Below are positions 27,917 through 36,583 of a DNA stretch of 64,000 bases, one piece after another. Positions within the stretch are counted from its first letter, which is position 1. Each line of letters opens with the position of its first letter. The DNA comes from Bacilli bacterium (GTDB lineage: Bacteria; Bacillota_I; Bacilli_A; ML615J-28; CAG-698), in the NCBI GenBank assembly GCA_050953065.1, contig JBMNLZ010000001.1:1-64000 (forward strand), given 5' to 3'. The notes beneath the pieces were generated by a model, which was given only the letters and a program-made list of their open reading frames with translations, was not told where the DNA came from and ran no database searches. The position numbers and the translations under genes were made by a program.

Positions 27917-29158
27917 ATGAAAATTATTGCTAAACATTCTGATGGACTTATCTTATCTCAAGATACTTTCCAAATATCTGATATTACAAAAAGGGAAAAA
28001 GCTAAAAATCCAGCCATTATTGATGGCACTTTAGGCGTGCTTAATATGGAAGATGGTGCTTTTCATACTTTTAAAACAGTTAAAGAGATTTTATTTAATG
28101 CTGTTGATTCTAAAATTTATGCCTATACTACATCTGATGGTGGACCTGAATATAGAGAAGCAGTATTAAATTGGGTGTTTAGAGATTATAAAGATGAACT
28201 ACTTAAAGTTTTTGATTGCAAAGTAGTTGCAACACCAGGTGGGACTGGTGCAATTAGTGCAAGTATGTTCAGTAGTCTTGATGCAGGTCAAACTGTTTTG
28301 ATTCCTAATTTATGCTGGAGTCCCTATTTTGGTATTGCTGAAGATAAAGGATTAAAAATTAAAAAATTTACTTTATTAAAAGATGGAAAATTCAATGTAG
28401 ATGGTTTTATTGAAAAAGCTAACGAAATTGTTGCAGAACAAAAGAAATTAGTTGCAATAATTAACAATCCTTGTAATAATCCAACTGGATACTCTATGAG
28501 TGATGCTGAAGTTGATGCAGTTATTAACTATCTTAACAGTCTAAAAGGAATTCCATGTGTTTTAATCTATGATATTGCGTATATTGATTTTTCTAATGAT
28601 GGAATGGATGCAACTAGAAAACAATTTAAATTATTTGAAAAAATCAATGATAATATCTTGATTTCGGTTTGTTTTAGTGCCTCAAAGACATTTTCAATTT
28701 ATGGAATGAGATTAGGTGCTCAAATTTTCTTAAGTAAAAACAAACAAGCTGTAATAGATTTTTATAATGCATCAAACTTTACTGCAAGAAATAACTGGTC
28801 TAACTGTAATACTGGAGCTGTTAATCTACTAGTTGCAATTGATCAAAATGAAGATTTAAAAAATCAATTCTTAGAAGAATTTGCTAAAGTTATTGAAATG
28901 GTTAGGATAAGAACTAATATATTTTTAGAAGAAGCTAAAGAAGTTGGGTTAAAAATCAACCCATATCATAGTGGTTTCTTTATTACGATTCCTACTAATC
29001 ATTGTGATGAAGCGATTGAAAAATTAAAAAAAGAAAAATTTGTTTACTTACTTGCTTTTGGAGGAAATATAAGAATTGCAATTTGTTCTTTGCCAGCTGA
29101 GGATATTAAGGGCTTAGCTAAAAAAATAAAAGATGTATTAAAAGAATTTGGAGAATAA
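27917..29158 (+). CDS. PLP-dependent aminotransferase class I/II
   Basis: TPGGTGA, NNPTG, DIAY, SASKTFSIYGMRLG. Confidence 0.88.
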   Translation: MKIIAKHSDGLILSQDTFQISDITKREKAKNPAIIDGTLGVLNMEDGAFHTFKTVKEILFNAVDSKIYAYTTSDGGPEYREAVLNWVFRDYKDELLKVFDCKVVATPGGTGAISASMFSSLDAGQTVLIPNLCWSPYFGIAEDKGLKIKKFTLLKDGKFNVDGFIEKANEIVAEQKKLVAIINNPCNNPTGYSMSDAEVDAVINYLNSLKGIPCVLIYDIAYIDFSNDGMDATRKQFKLFEKINDNILISVCFSASKTFSIYGMRLGAQIFLSKNKQAVIDFYNASNFTARNNWSNCNTGAVNLLVAIDQNEDLKNQFLEEFAKVIEMVRIRTNIFLEEAKEVGLKINPYHSGFFITIPTNHCDEAIEKLKKEKFVYLLAFGGNIRIAICSLPAEDIKGLAKKIKDVLKEFGE

Positions 29159-29160
29159 TA

Positions 29161-29193
29161 AAAAAAGGTTACATATTTTAAGTAACCTTTTTT
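29161..29193. terminator. Bidirectional terminator between convergent genes
   Basis: AAAAAAGGTTAC...GTAACCTTTTTT. Confidence 0.75.
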
Positions 29194-30119
29194 GTTAGAC
29201 AACCTTGATAGTAGTTTTTTTGTTTCATAGTTTTATCTATCTCATTCATAACAACTAATTTTTTTAAACACCATTTTGGTTCAATTAAATCTTCCTTTTT
29301 AGGGTCTCCGTTTATCCTGTGGATTACAATGTTTGGATTTAAGTGTGCTAATTGGTCGGTTGTAATGTCAACATATTCTTCGAAAGAAAGTATTTTAAAA
29401 GGATTTTTTAAAAATTCATTTCCAAGAGCAGTGTTTTTTAATAAAAAAAGATTGTGGATTTTAAGACCTTGAATGTCAAGAGTATTTAAAAACTCAACTG
29501 TTTCTAGCATCATATCTTTAGTTTCATTAGGTAGTCCGTTAATTATGTGAACAATTACTGAAATCTTTTCATTTCTTAATGCTTTTACTGAAGTTAAAAA
29601 TACATCTAAATTATATCCTCTATTAAACGCTTTAGCAGTTTTTTCGTGAATTGTTTGTAAGCCTAATTCAACCCATACTGGAGTTTTTTGATTTATTTCA
29701 TTTAAAAGTTGAAGTGTTTCATCTGAAATTGTATCAGGTCTAGTAGCGATACTTAATGCTACAACATTTTTATGAACATTAATTGCTTGATAGTAAATAT
29801 CTCTTAATTTATTAATTGGTCCATATGTATTAGTGTTAGCTTGAAAATATGGAATATAATAGGCATCAGGCCATTTTTTATGAATGTTTTTTGAGATTTC
29901 TTCAAATTGTTCTTTGATTGAAAGCCTCTTATTACCTGAAAATTCTCCACTACCACAATCAGAACAGAAACTACAACCTTTTGTGCTGATGGTACCATCT
30001 CTATTTGGACAAGAAAAATCTCCATTTAATGCGACTTTGAATACTTTTTTATTGAATTTTTCTTTTAAATAAAAATCTAAAGTGTAGTATCTATGCTGAG
30101 AATTAATATATTTTTTCAT
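29178..30119 (-). CDS. TIGR01212-type radical SAM protein (YhcC/YtqA family)
   Basis: FSCPNRDG..GCSFC, YFQANTNTY, IATRPD, VELGLQT, HIINGLP. Confidence 0.9.
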   Translation of the reverse strand: MKKYINSQHRYYTLDFYLKEKFNKKVFKVALNGDFSCPNRDGTISTKGCSFCSDCGSGEFSGNKRLSIKEQFEEISKNIHKKWPDAYYIPYFQANTNTYGPINKLRDIYYQAINVHKNVVALSIATRPDTISDETLQLLNEINQKTPVWVELGLQTIHEKTAKAFNRGYNLDVFLTSVKALRNEKISVIVHIINGLPNETKDMMLETVEFLNTLDIQGLKIHNLFLLKNTALGNEFLKNPFKILSFEEYVDITTDQLAHLNPNIVIHRINGDPKKEDLIEPKWCLKKLVVMNEIDKTMKQKNYYQGCLTKKVT

Positions 30120-30196
30120 CTTTTTTTTCCTCTAGAATTATAATATCTCAAAAGCTCTTTTAAGTAAAGAAGAAGGGAGAAAAAAAGACTACAAAA

Positions 30197-30225
30197 TTGA
30201 CAAATTTGTAATAATAATGTATAAT
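30197..30225 (+). promoter_or_regulatory. Consensus promoter of the ncRNA
   Basis: TTGACA-17-TATAAT. Confidence 0.85.
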
Positions 30226-30230
30226 ATAAG

Positions 30231-30401
30231 TACCTGGGGAGTTCGCCTTTTTGCAAATATGCGAACCGAACGGTAAATATATTGGAAGTTGAGGCGCTTT
30301 GGGTGTGAATGCTTATTAACGTAAGAATCCCGAAAAAGTACAAAAAGAGACTTCCGCCTTGTGAGATTTAGGTTTCACATAGCAATAACGGCTCTCTGGG
30401 C
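30231..30401 (+). ncRNA. ssrS: 6S RNA
   Basis: ~170-nt GC-richer island between a consensus promoter and a terminator; 5' CCTGGGGAGTT pairs with 3' GGCTCTCTGGG; ACCGAAC..TATTGGAAGT and ACTTCCGCCTTG..GGTTTC flank a central bubble as in Firmicutes 6S. Confidence 0.75.
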
Positions 30402-30404
30402 TTT

Positions 30405-30432
30405 AAAAACCTCTGTAAGGGGTTTTTATTTT
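30405..30432 (+). terminator. Intrinsic terminator of the ncRNA
   Basis: AAAAACCTCT-GTA-AGGGGTTTTT plus T-run. Confidence 0.8.
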
Positions 30433-30492
30433 TAACAATATATGGAAAAAATAAATATTTGTGTTATAATTACATTTGACTAGAGGAGTAAT

Positions 30493-32235
30493 ATGCTAAA
30501 ATTTTTTATTGAACTTAAATGGTTCTTTAGACGTAATTTTATAAAATATATTTTGGTAGGTATATTTTCTATTGCATATACTTACCTAGTAACAATTCCT
30601 CCTAGTATAATAGGAAGATTTGTTGATAAAATTACTTATCAATCTCTTTCAAGACCTTTTGTTTATCAAATATTTTTTTTAATGATAGGAGTTACTATTT
30701 CAATTTATATTGCTTCGATTTTTAAAAAAATTATTTTAGGTGATTTATATCATACTTTATTTTATAGATTAAAGAATATTTATCTTGAAAGAATTTTTAT
30801 GCAAGATGGCGATTTTTTTGAAAAATATCAATCTGGTGATTTAATTTCAAGAGCGATGGGCGATAATAGGATGGTAGCCGATACTGCAACTCATTTATTA
30901 TTTGAAATTTTAGATACAATAACAATGTTAATTGTAGTAAGCGTTCAAATGATATTAATAAATCCAAAACTTACTATATTGTCGGTAATACCATTACCTT
31001 TAATTTTAGTGTTAATTATTTATTTAAGACCTAAAATATCTGCCAATTGGCGCTTAGTTAGAAAAGAACATAGTCATTTAAATAATTTAGTCATGGAAAG
31101 TGTTGCTAATGTTAAAATGATTAGAAGTTTTGCTGACGAAGAAAAAGATCAAGAAAAATTAAATAATTCTGCTAATAGAGTTTATAAAATTGAACGCAAA
31201 TCAATTTTAATGCATTCTGTTATAAGTCCATCATTTCATATTATTACTTTGATAAGTCAAGGAATAGCATTGTCATGTGGTGCTTATTTTATAATGAAAC
31301 AAAATTTGACACCAGGTCAACTTATCACATTTTATTTATATCTTGGTATGTTTGCAGGACCATTATTATCTTTAGGCAACCAAATAACTTTTTTATCTCA
31401 GTCTAGTGTTGCTTTAGATAGATTTAATGAAATATTAAAGACTGAACCAACAATTAAAAAACCAGAAGAACCAGCTAAACTTGATGAAATTGAAACTATT
31501 GAGTTTAGAAATGTTTCGTTTAGATATCCTAAATCAGATGAAAAAGTAATTAAAAATATTGATTTAAAAATTAAAAAAGGTACTACTTTAGGAGTAGTTG
31601 GAAAAATTGGTAGCGGTAAAACTACATTAATAAGACAATTGTTAAGACAGTTTCCTATTACTGAAGGAAATATCTTTATAAATAATAAAGATATAAACTC
31701 ATATGATAAGGAAACTATCAGAAGAAAATTTGGTTATGTTCCACAAGAACACATTCTATTTTCGCGTAGTATTTTGAATAATTTGAAATTAGGAATAAAT
31801 AAAGATAGTGTTTATACAAAAGAAGAAGCTGTAAAAATTGCTGATTTTGAAAAGGATTTAAAAGATTTAGAAGATGGCTATGAAACAATTGTTGGTGAAA
31901 AAGGCGTTACTTTATCAGGTGGTCAAAAACAAAGATTGTCAATTGCTAGAGCTATTTTAAAATCAGCTGATGTTTTGATTTTAGATGACTCATTAAGTGC
32001 GGTAGATGGCGTAACTGAGGCTAATATTTTACGTAATTTGAATAATATGCGTACAGGAAAAACAAATATTATCATTGCACATAGATTATCAGCTGTTGAA
32101 AATGCTGACAATATAATTGTTTTAGAAAATGGAAAAATTGTAGAAGAAGGAACACATAAGGAATTACTAGAAAATAAAAAATGGTATTATAGTCAATTCA
32201 TTATCCAAAAGGAGAGTGAATATGAACAAAATTAA
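30493..32235 (+). CDS. Heterodimeric multidrug ABC exporter subunit A (YheI/BmrC-like)
   Basis: TM domain plus GKIGSGKT, LSGGQKQR, ILDDSLSAVD, IAHRLS. Confidence 0.9.
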   Translation: MLKFFIELKWFFRRNFIKYILVGIFSIAYTYLVTIPPSIIGRFVDKITYQSLSRPFVYQIFFLMIGVTISIYIASIFKKIILGDLYHTLFYRLKNIYLERIFMQDGDFFEKYQSGDLISRAMGDNRMVADTATHLLFEILDTITMLIVVSVQMILINPKLTILSVIPLPLILVLIIYLRPKISANWRLVRKEHSHLNNLVMESVANVKMIRSFADEEKDQEKLNNSANRVYKIERKSILMHSVISPSFHIITLISQGIALSCGAYFIMKQNLTPGQLITFYLYLGMFAGPLLSLGNQITFLSQSSVALDRFNEILKTEPTIKKPEEPAKLDEIETIEFRNVSFRYPKSDEKVIKNIDLKIKKGTTLGVVGKIGSGKTTLIRQLLRQFPITEGNIFINNKDINSYDKETIRRKFGYVPQEHILFSRSILNNLKLGINKDSVYTKEEAVKIADFEKDLKDLEDGYETIVGEKGVTLSGGQKQRLSIARAILKSADVLILDDSLSAVDGVTEANILRNLNNMRTGKTNIIIAHRLSAVENADNIIVLENGKIVEEGTHKELLENKKWYYSQFIIQKESEYEQN

Positions 32236-34258
32236 AAAATATCCTTATTCTACAAAGACTATTTTAAGACGTGTTTTTAAATATGCTTTAAATAACAAAT
32301 TTCTTGTATTACTAGCAACTATTTTACTAATCATTATATCTGCTATTGAAGTTGTTCAGCCATTAATTGTAAAAAGAGTAATTGATGGTGAATTAAATGG
32401 AATTCAAACAGTCTGGAGTTTAGTAGATGAAGGTTATGATAAAAAAATAGAGTTTAATGGGAGTTATTATACAAAAGATAACATACCTTCTAGTTCAAAA
32501 ATAACAATTAGGTATTTTGATAAAAACAAAAAATATATTTTAGTTAATGAAGAATTAGAAGCTTATGAAAAAGTGTATATTAACGATAATCAAACTCTTG
32601 AAATATTAGACCAAAGTAATAATTTTATTAGAAATGCCGATTATCTTGTTCTTGATAATGCTGATATAATGAAATTTTTTAAAATTTCAATGAATCCATT
32701 AATTAAGATGGGTATAATTTATGTGGTATTAGCTTTATCACTTGTTTTATGTAGGTATATCTATACTATATCTTTTACAGCAGCATCGATGAGATTGACT
32801 TTAGATATGAGAAAAGAAGCATTTAATAAATTAAATAAATTGCCGGTTAAATATTTTCAAAGAGAAATTAGTGGAAAAATAGTTACAAAAGTAACAACAG
32901 ATTCAGATGGCGTAAGAGGCTTATATCAAGTTGTCTTTTCAATAGTAACTGCTCTAATAACTTTAGGAATGGTTTATATAGGATTACTTTATTTGAATTT
33001 AGAGTTAGCTTTGTTGACGCTTTTAGCAATCCCAATTCTTGTTCTTTGGTTAACAGTTTATAGAAAAACTATCAATAATTATAATCATATGATTAGAGAG
33101 TACAACTCAATAAACAATGGAAAACTAGTTGAGTTTATAAACGGTGTTGAAATTATTCAACAAATGAATAAAGAAGAAGAAATGTGTAAAGAATATCATG
33201 AAGCACTACACAAAAACTATGTTGTTAGAACCAAGCATTTAGTTGTAAGTTCGCTTTTTGGATGGGATTTATTAGTAATTGTTAGAAGGTTAGCTGTAGC
33301 TTTAGTCTTACTTTATTTTGGTTTAAAGTATTTTTCGGTTAATTTTGTAATTACTGCTACAACAATTTATGTTTATGTTGAATATTTAGAAAAGTTAGTA
33401 AATCCAGTAGCAAATATTTTCCATAATTTAAATAATTTAGAAGATTCGTTAGTGGCAGCATCTCGAATATTTGAACTTCTTGATCAACAAGAAGATTTAA
33501 ATATTGGTGAATTAACTGATATTAAGTTTTTGGGTGATATTAAAATTGAAAATTTAAGTTTTAAATACGTACCAGATTTATATGTTTTAAAAAATGTCAA
33601 TATAGATATAAAAGCTGGAGAGTTTGTTGGTTTGGTTGGAGCAACAGGAAGTGGGAAAACAACTCTAATAAGCCTACTTGAAAGATTTTATGAAGTAGAA
33701 GAAGGGCGTATTTTAATTGATGGGGTTGACTATAAGAATTATTCAAAAAAAGATGTTAGAAACAACATTGGTTTGATTTTACAAGATTCTGCTATTTTAG
33801 AAGGAAGTATCAGAGAAAACATCGCTTTAGGAGAAGATATCTCAAAAGAAAAAATTGAAGAAGTTTTAAGGATGATAGGTGCTAATAAGTTTATCGACTC
33901 AATGCCAGAAGGAATTGACTCAAAAATTGAATATAGAGGTGAAAACTTATCTACAGGGGAAAAACAAATCATTTCTTTTGCTAGAATTATGGTTAGATCA
34001 CCTAGTATTGTTATTTTAGATGAAGCTACTGCTAATATTGATACTGAAACAGAACAACTAATTCAAAGAGCACTTAATATTATATCTAAAAAGTGTACTA
34101 CTATAGTAATAGCTCATAGATTATCAACGATTAAAAAAGCTGATAGCATTTATGTTTTAGATGCTGGTGAAGTAGTTGAATCAGGAAATCATAAAAGTTT
34201 ATATGCTAAAGAAAACAGTATTTATAGAAGAATGTATGATGCAATAATAAATAATTAA
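32222..34258 (+). CDS. Heterodimeric multidrug ABC exporter subunit B (YheH/BmrD-like)
   Basis: Extracellular insertion after TM1, GATGSGKT, LSTGEKQ, LDEATANID. Confidence 0.9.
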   Translation: MNKIKKYPYSTKTILRRVFKYALNNKFLVLLATILLIIISAIEVVQPLIVKRVIDGELNGIQTVWSLVDEGYDKKIEFNGSYYTKDNIPSSSKITIRYFDKNKKYILVNEELEAYEKVYINDNQTLEILDQSNNFIRNADYLVLDNADIMKFFKISMNPLIKMGIIYVVLALSLVLCRYIYTISFTAASMRLTLDMRKEAFNKLNKLPVKYFQREISGKIVTKVTTDSDGVRGLYQVVFSIVTALITLGMVYIGLLYLNLELALLTLLAIPILVLWLTVYRKTINNYNHMIREYNSINNGKLVEFINGVEIIQQMNKEEEMCKEYHEALHKNYVVRTKHLVVSSLFGWDLLVIVRRLAVALVLLYFGLKYFSVNFVITATTIYVYVEYLEKLVNPVANIFHNLNNLEDSLVAASRIFELLDQQEDLNIGELTDIKFLGDIKIENLSFKYVPDLYVLKNVNIDIKAGEFVGLVGATGSGKTTLISLLERFYEVEEGRILIDGVDYKNYSKKDVRNNIGLILQDSAILEGSIRENIALGEDISKEKIEEVLRMIGANKFIDSMPEGIDSKIEYRGENLSTGEKQIISFARIMVRSPSIVILDEATANIDTETEQLIQRALNIISKKCTTIVIAHRLSTIKKADSIYVLDAGEVVESGNHKSLYAKENSIYRRMYDAIINN

Positions 34259-34273
34259 ATAAAGGAGTTATGC

Positions 34274-35443
34274 ATGAGAATAGGAATATTTGTAGAAACA
34301 TATTTTCCTTACGTAAGTGGAGTTAGCATATCTATTGAATCACTAAAGGATGCGCTAGTTCAAAAAGGACATGAAGTATATATTGTAACTTTAAAAATTG
34401 ATGATTATAAATATGATAATGATCCATCTTTAATATTGTTAGAAGGACATCCTTATCCTTTTAAAAAATTAAAGGCATTAAAGTTAGGATACACACTTCA
34501 TTACAAAAAAAATGTTAAGGAATTAAAAAAATATAAATTTGACATAATTCATGCAAATACTGAATTTTCAGTTGGAACAATAGGCTATAAGTTAGCTAGA
34601 GCAACAAACGTTCCAATTGTTTATACTTATCATACTTTGTATCATACATATGTTCATTATGTAGCTAACTTTGCGATTTCATTCTTTAAAATGATTATTA
34701 TTAGAAGAATTAAAAGTTGGATGAAAAAAGTAGATGAGGTTATAGTTCCTAGTAATAAAGTTTTAAATATTATAAGAGATTTTAAAGTAAAAAGAGATGT
34801 TAATGTTATTCCAACAGGAATAAAACTTGATAGGTTTTTAAATTACGACCTAAATTCAATTGAAAAAATTAAAAAAAATTATAAACTTGTTGGTAAAAGA
34901 ATAATGCTTTTTGCTGGTAGATTAGGTCAAGAAAAAGGAATCGGAGAGTTAATTGAGTATTTTGACATCTTAAGTAAAGATTTCCCTGATTTAGTGTTTT
35001 TAATTGTAGGCTTTGGTGCTCATGAAGGAGTTTTAAAAAAGTTAGTTTCTTCTAAAAAATTAGAAGATAAAATTATTTTTACTGGTGAAGTGTGTAATTC
35101 TGAAATTGGAAATTATTATAGACTTTGTGATTTCTTTGTTAGTGCTTCTAATACTGAAACTCAAGGATTGACATATTTTGAGGCTTTAGCGAGTAATTGC
35201 GTATCATTAGTAAAAAAAGATCCTAGTCTAGAAGGTATAATTGAAGATGGAATTAATGGTTTTTATTTTGAAGATAAAGAAAGTTTTTTATCTCAAGCTA
35301 AATACATATTAGAAAATGATATGAGTGAAATCAAAGAAAAGACAAGTGAGGTAGTAAAAAACTTTTCGACTGAAGTGTTTGCAGATAGAATTATTAAAGT
35401 ATATGAAAAGGCCTTAAAAAATAAAAAGAAAGGGTGTAAATAA
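34274..35443 (+). CDS. GT4 glycosyltransferase, 1,2-diacylglycerol 3-glucosyltransferase-like
   Basis: MRIGIF.ETYFPYVSGV, YTYHTLY, VIPTGI, FAGRLGQEK, ETQGLTYFEA. Confidence 0.85.
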   Translation: MRIGIFVETYFPYVSGVSISIESLKDALVQKGHEVYIVTLKIDDYKYDNDPSLILLEGHPYPFKKLKALKLGYTLHYKKNVKELKKYKFDIIHANTEFSVGTIGYKLARATNVPIVYTYHTLYHTYVHYVANFAISFFKMIIIRRIKSWMKKVDEVIVPSNKVLNIIRDFKVKRDVNVIPTGIKLDRFLNYDLNSIEKIKKNYKLVGKRIMLFAGRLGQEKGIGELIEYFDILSKDFPDLVFLIVGFGAHEGVLKKLVSSKKLEDKIIFTGEVCNSEIGNYYRLCDFFVSASNTETQGLTYFEALASNCVSLVKKDPSLEGIIEDGINGFYFEDKESFLSQAKYILENDMSEIKEKTSEVVKNFSTEVFADRIIKVYEKALKNKKKGCK

Positions 35444-36147
35444 TGAGTTTAATTGTAGTGCAAATATTACAAGTTTTAGGTGCAACTATTGTTGGTGCAA
35501 TTATTGGTTTTGAAAGAGAAGTTAAAAATAAACCAGCTGGTTTAACAACTTTCATGCTTGTTTGTGTTGCTAGTTGTTTGATTGCTATTTTAAATCAAAA
35601 TATTGTTAATGAAACTGTACGACTTGCAGGGCTTGATTCAACTTATGCTGGTACTGTTGGAGCTGATTCTGGAAGACTTATTGCTCAAGTAGTAAGTGGA
35701 ATAGGTTTTTTAGGAGCGGGTGTAATAATTTATACAAAAGATGTAGTAAGAGGAGTAACAACTGCAGCCTTATTATGGTTAGTTTCAGCAATGGGTTTGA
35801 TGATTGGAATTGGAGGGCTTAATAATTATATAATCGTAGTAGTTGCTTTAATTATTGTTATTAGTTTTTCAGCTTTTTCTAAAAAATATAAATCAATTAT
35901 GACTAAAGGAAGAAAATTAAATGTTGTAAAAATTGTCTATTATGGTAAGAATGAAGATGAATTGATGGCTTTTTTAAATGAAAAACAATTTTTTATAAAA
36001 AAACAAGAGTTTTCTAGTGCGTATATTAAAGAAGGAATTCATTATAAAGAAATGCTTTTTTATCTAATAGTAACAAATGAAGCGTTCCATGAATTTGTAA
36101 AAGATGTTAGTTCGCTGGATTACATTTGTGAATTAGCAGAAGTGTAA
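35443..36147 (+). CDS. MgtC/SapB family membrane protein
   Basis: GAIIGFERE..KPAGL.T, RLIAQVVSGIGFLGAG, GVTTAA.LW. Confidence 0.9.
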   Translation: MSLIVVQILQVLGATIVGAIIGFEREVKNKPAGLTTFMLVCVASCLIAILNQNIVNETVRLAGLDSTYAGTVGADSGRLIAQVVSGIGFLGAGVIIYTKDVVRGVTTAALLWLVSAMGLMIGIGGLNNYIIVVVALIIVISFSAFSKKYKSIMTKGRKLNVVKIVYYGKNEDELMAFLNEKQFFIKKQEFSSAYIKEGIHYKEMLFYLIVTNEAFHEFVKDVSSLDYICELAEV

Positions 36148-36184
36148 AGAAAAAAAGACTGTAACTGCAGTCTTTTCTTTTTTA
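36146..36184. terminator. Bidirectional terminator between the MgtC gene and tRNA-Arg
   Basis: AAAAGACTG...CAGTCTTTT with A/T tails. Confidence 0.75.
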
Positions 36185-36261
36185 TGGCGTCCACGATAGG
36201 ACTCGAACCTATTACCCCAATCTTAGGAGGATTGTGCTCTATCCAGGTGAGCTACGTGGAC
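36185..36261 (-). tRNA. tRNA-Arg(CCT)
   Basis: GTCCACG acceptor stem, anticodon arm CAATC-CT-CCT-AA-GATTG, GGTTCGAGTCC, encoded CCA. Confidence 0.95.
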
Positions 36262-36369
36262 AAATTCCTTGTTTATTATACTTTAGATTCTGAAGATTGT
36301 AAATAATAAAAAATTTAAATCTTTAAAAATATTGCATTTTTAACCTTATTATAATATAATGTTTTATAT

Positions 36370-36455
36370 GCCGCTGTGTTGAAACTGGTAGACAAACTTG
36401 ACTCAAAATCAAGCGCCCTTAAGGCATGCTGGTTCGAATCCGGCCAGCGGCACCA
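36370..36455 (+). tRNA. tRNA-Leu(CAA)
   Basis: GCCGCTG acceptor stem, CTTGA-CT-CAA-AA-TCAAG, long variable arm, GGTTCGAATCC, CCA. Confidence 0.95.
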
Positions 36456-36583
36456 TTTTGATATACTAAATTGATACTAGTATCGATTAATGTTTGCAAT
36501 TAAAATGAGTAGGTATATTTATCTACTTTTTTTAAATTAATTCTAGGTATAATAGTTTTAATTAAATTAAAGGAGAGAGTAAT

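Noticed and set aside
30116-30343. 75-aa minus-strand ORF
   Set aside because: Antisense to the 6S-like RNA and its promoter, with no recognisable features
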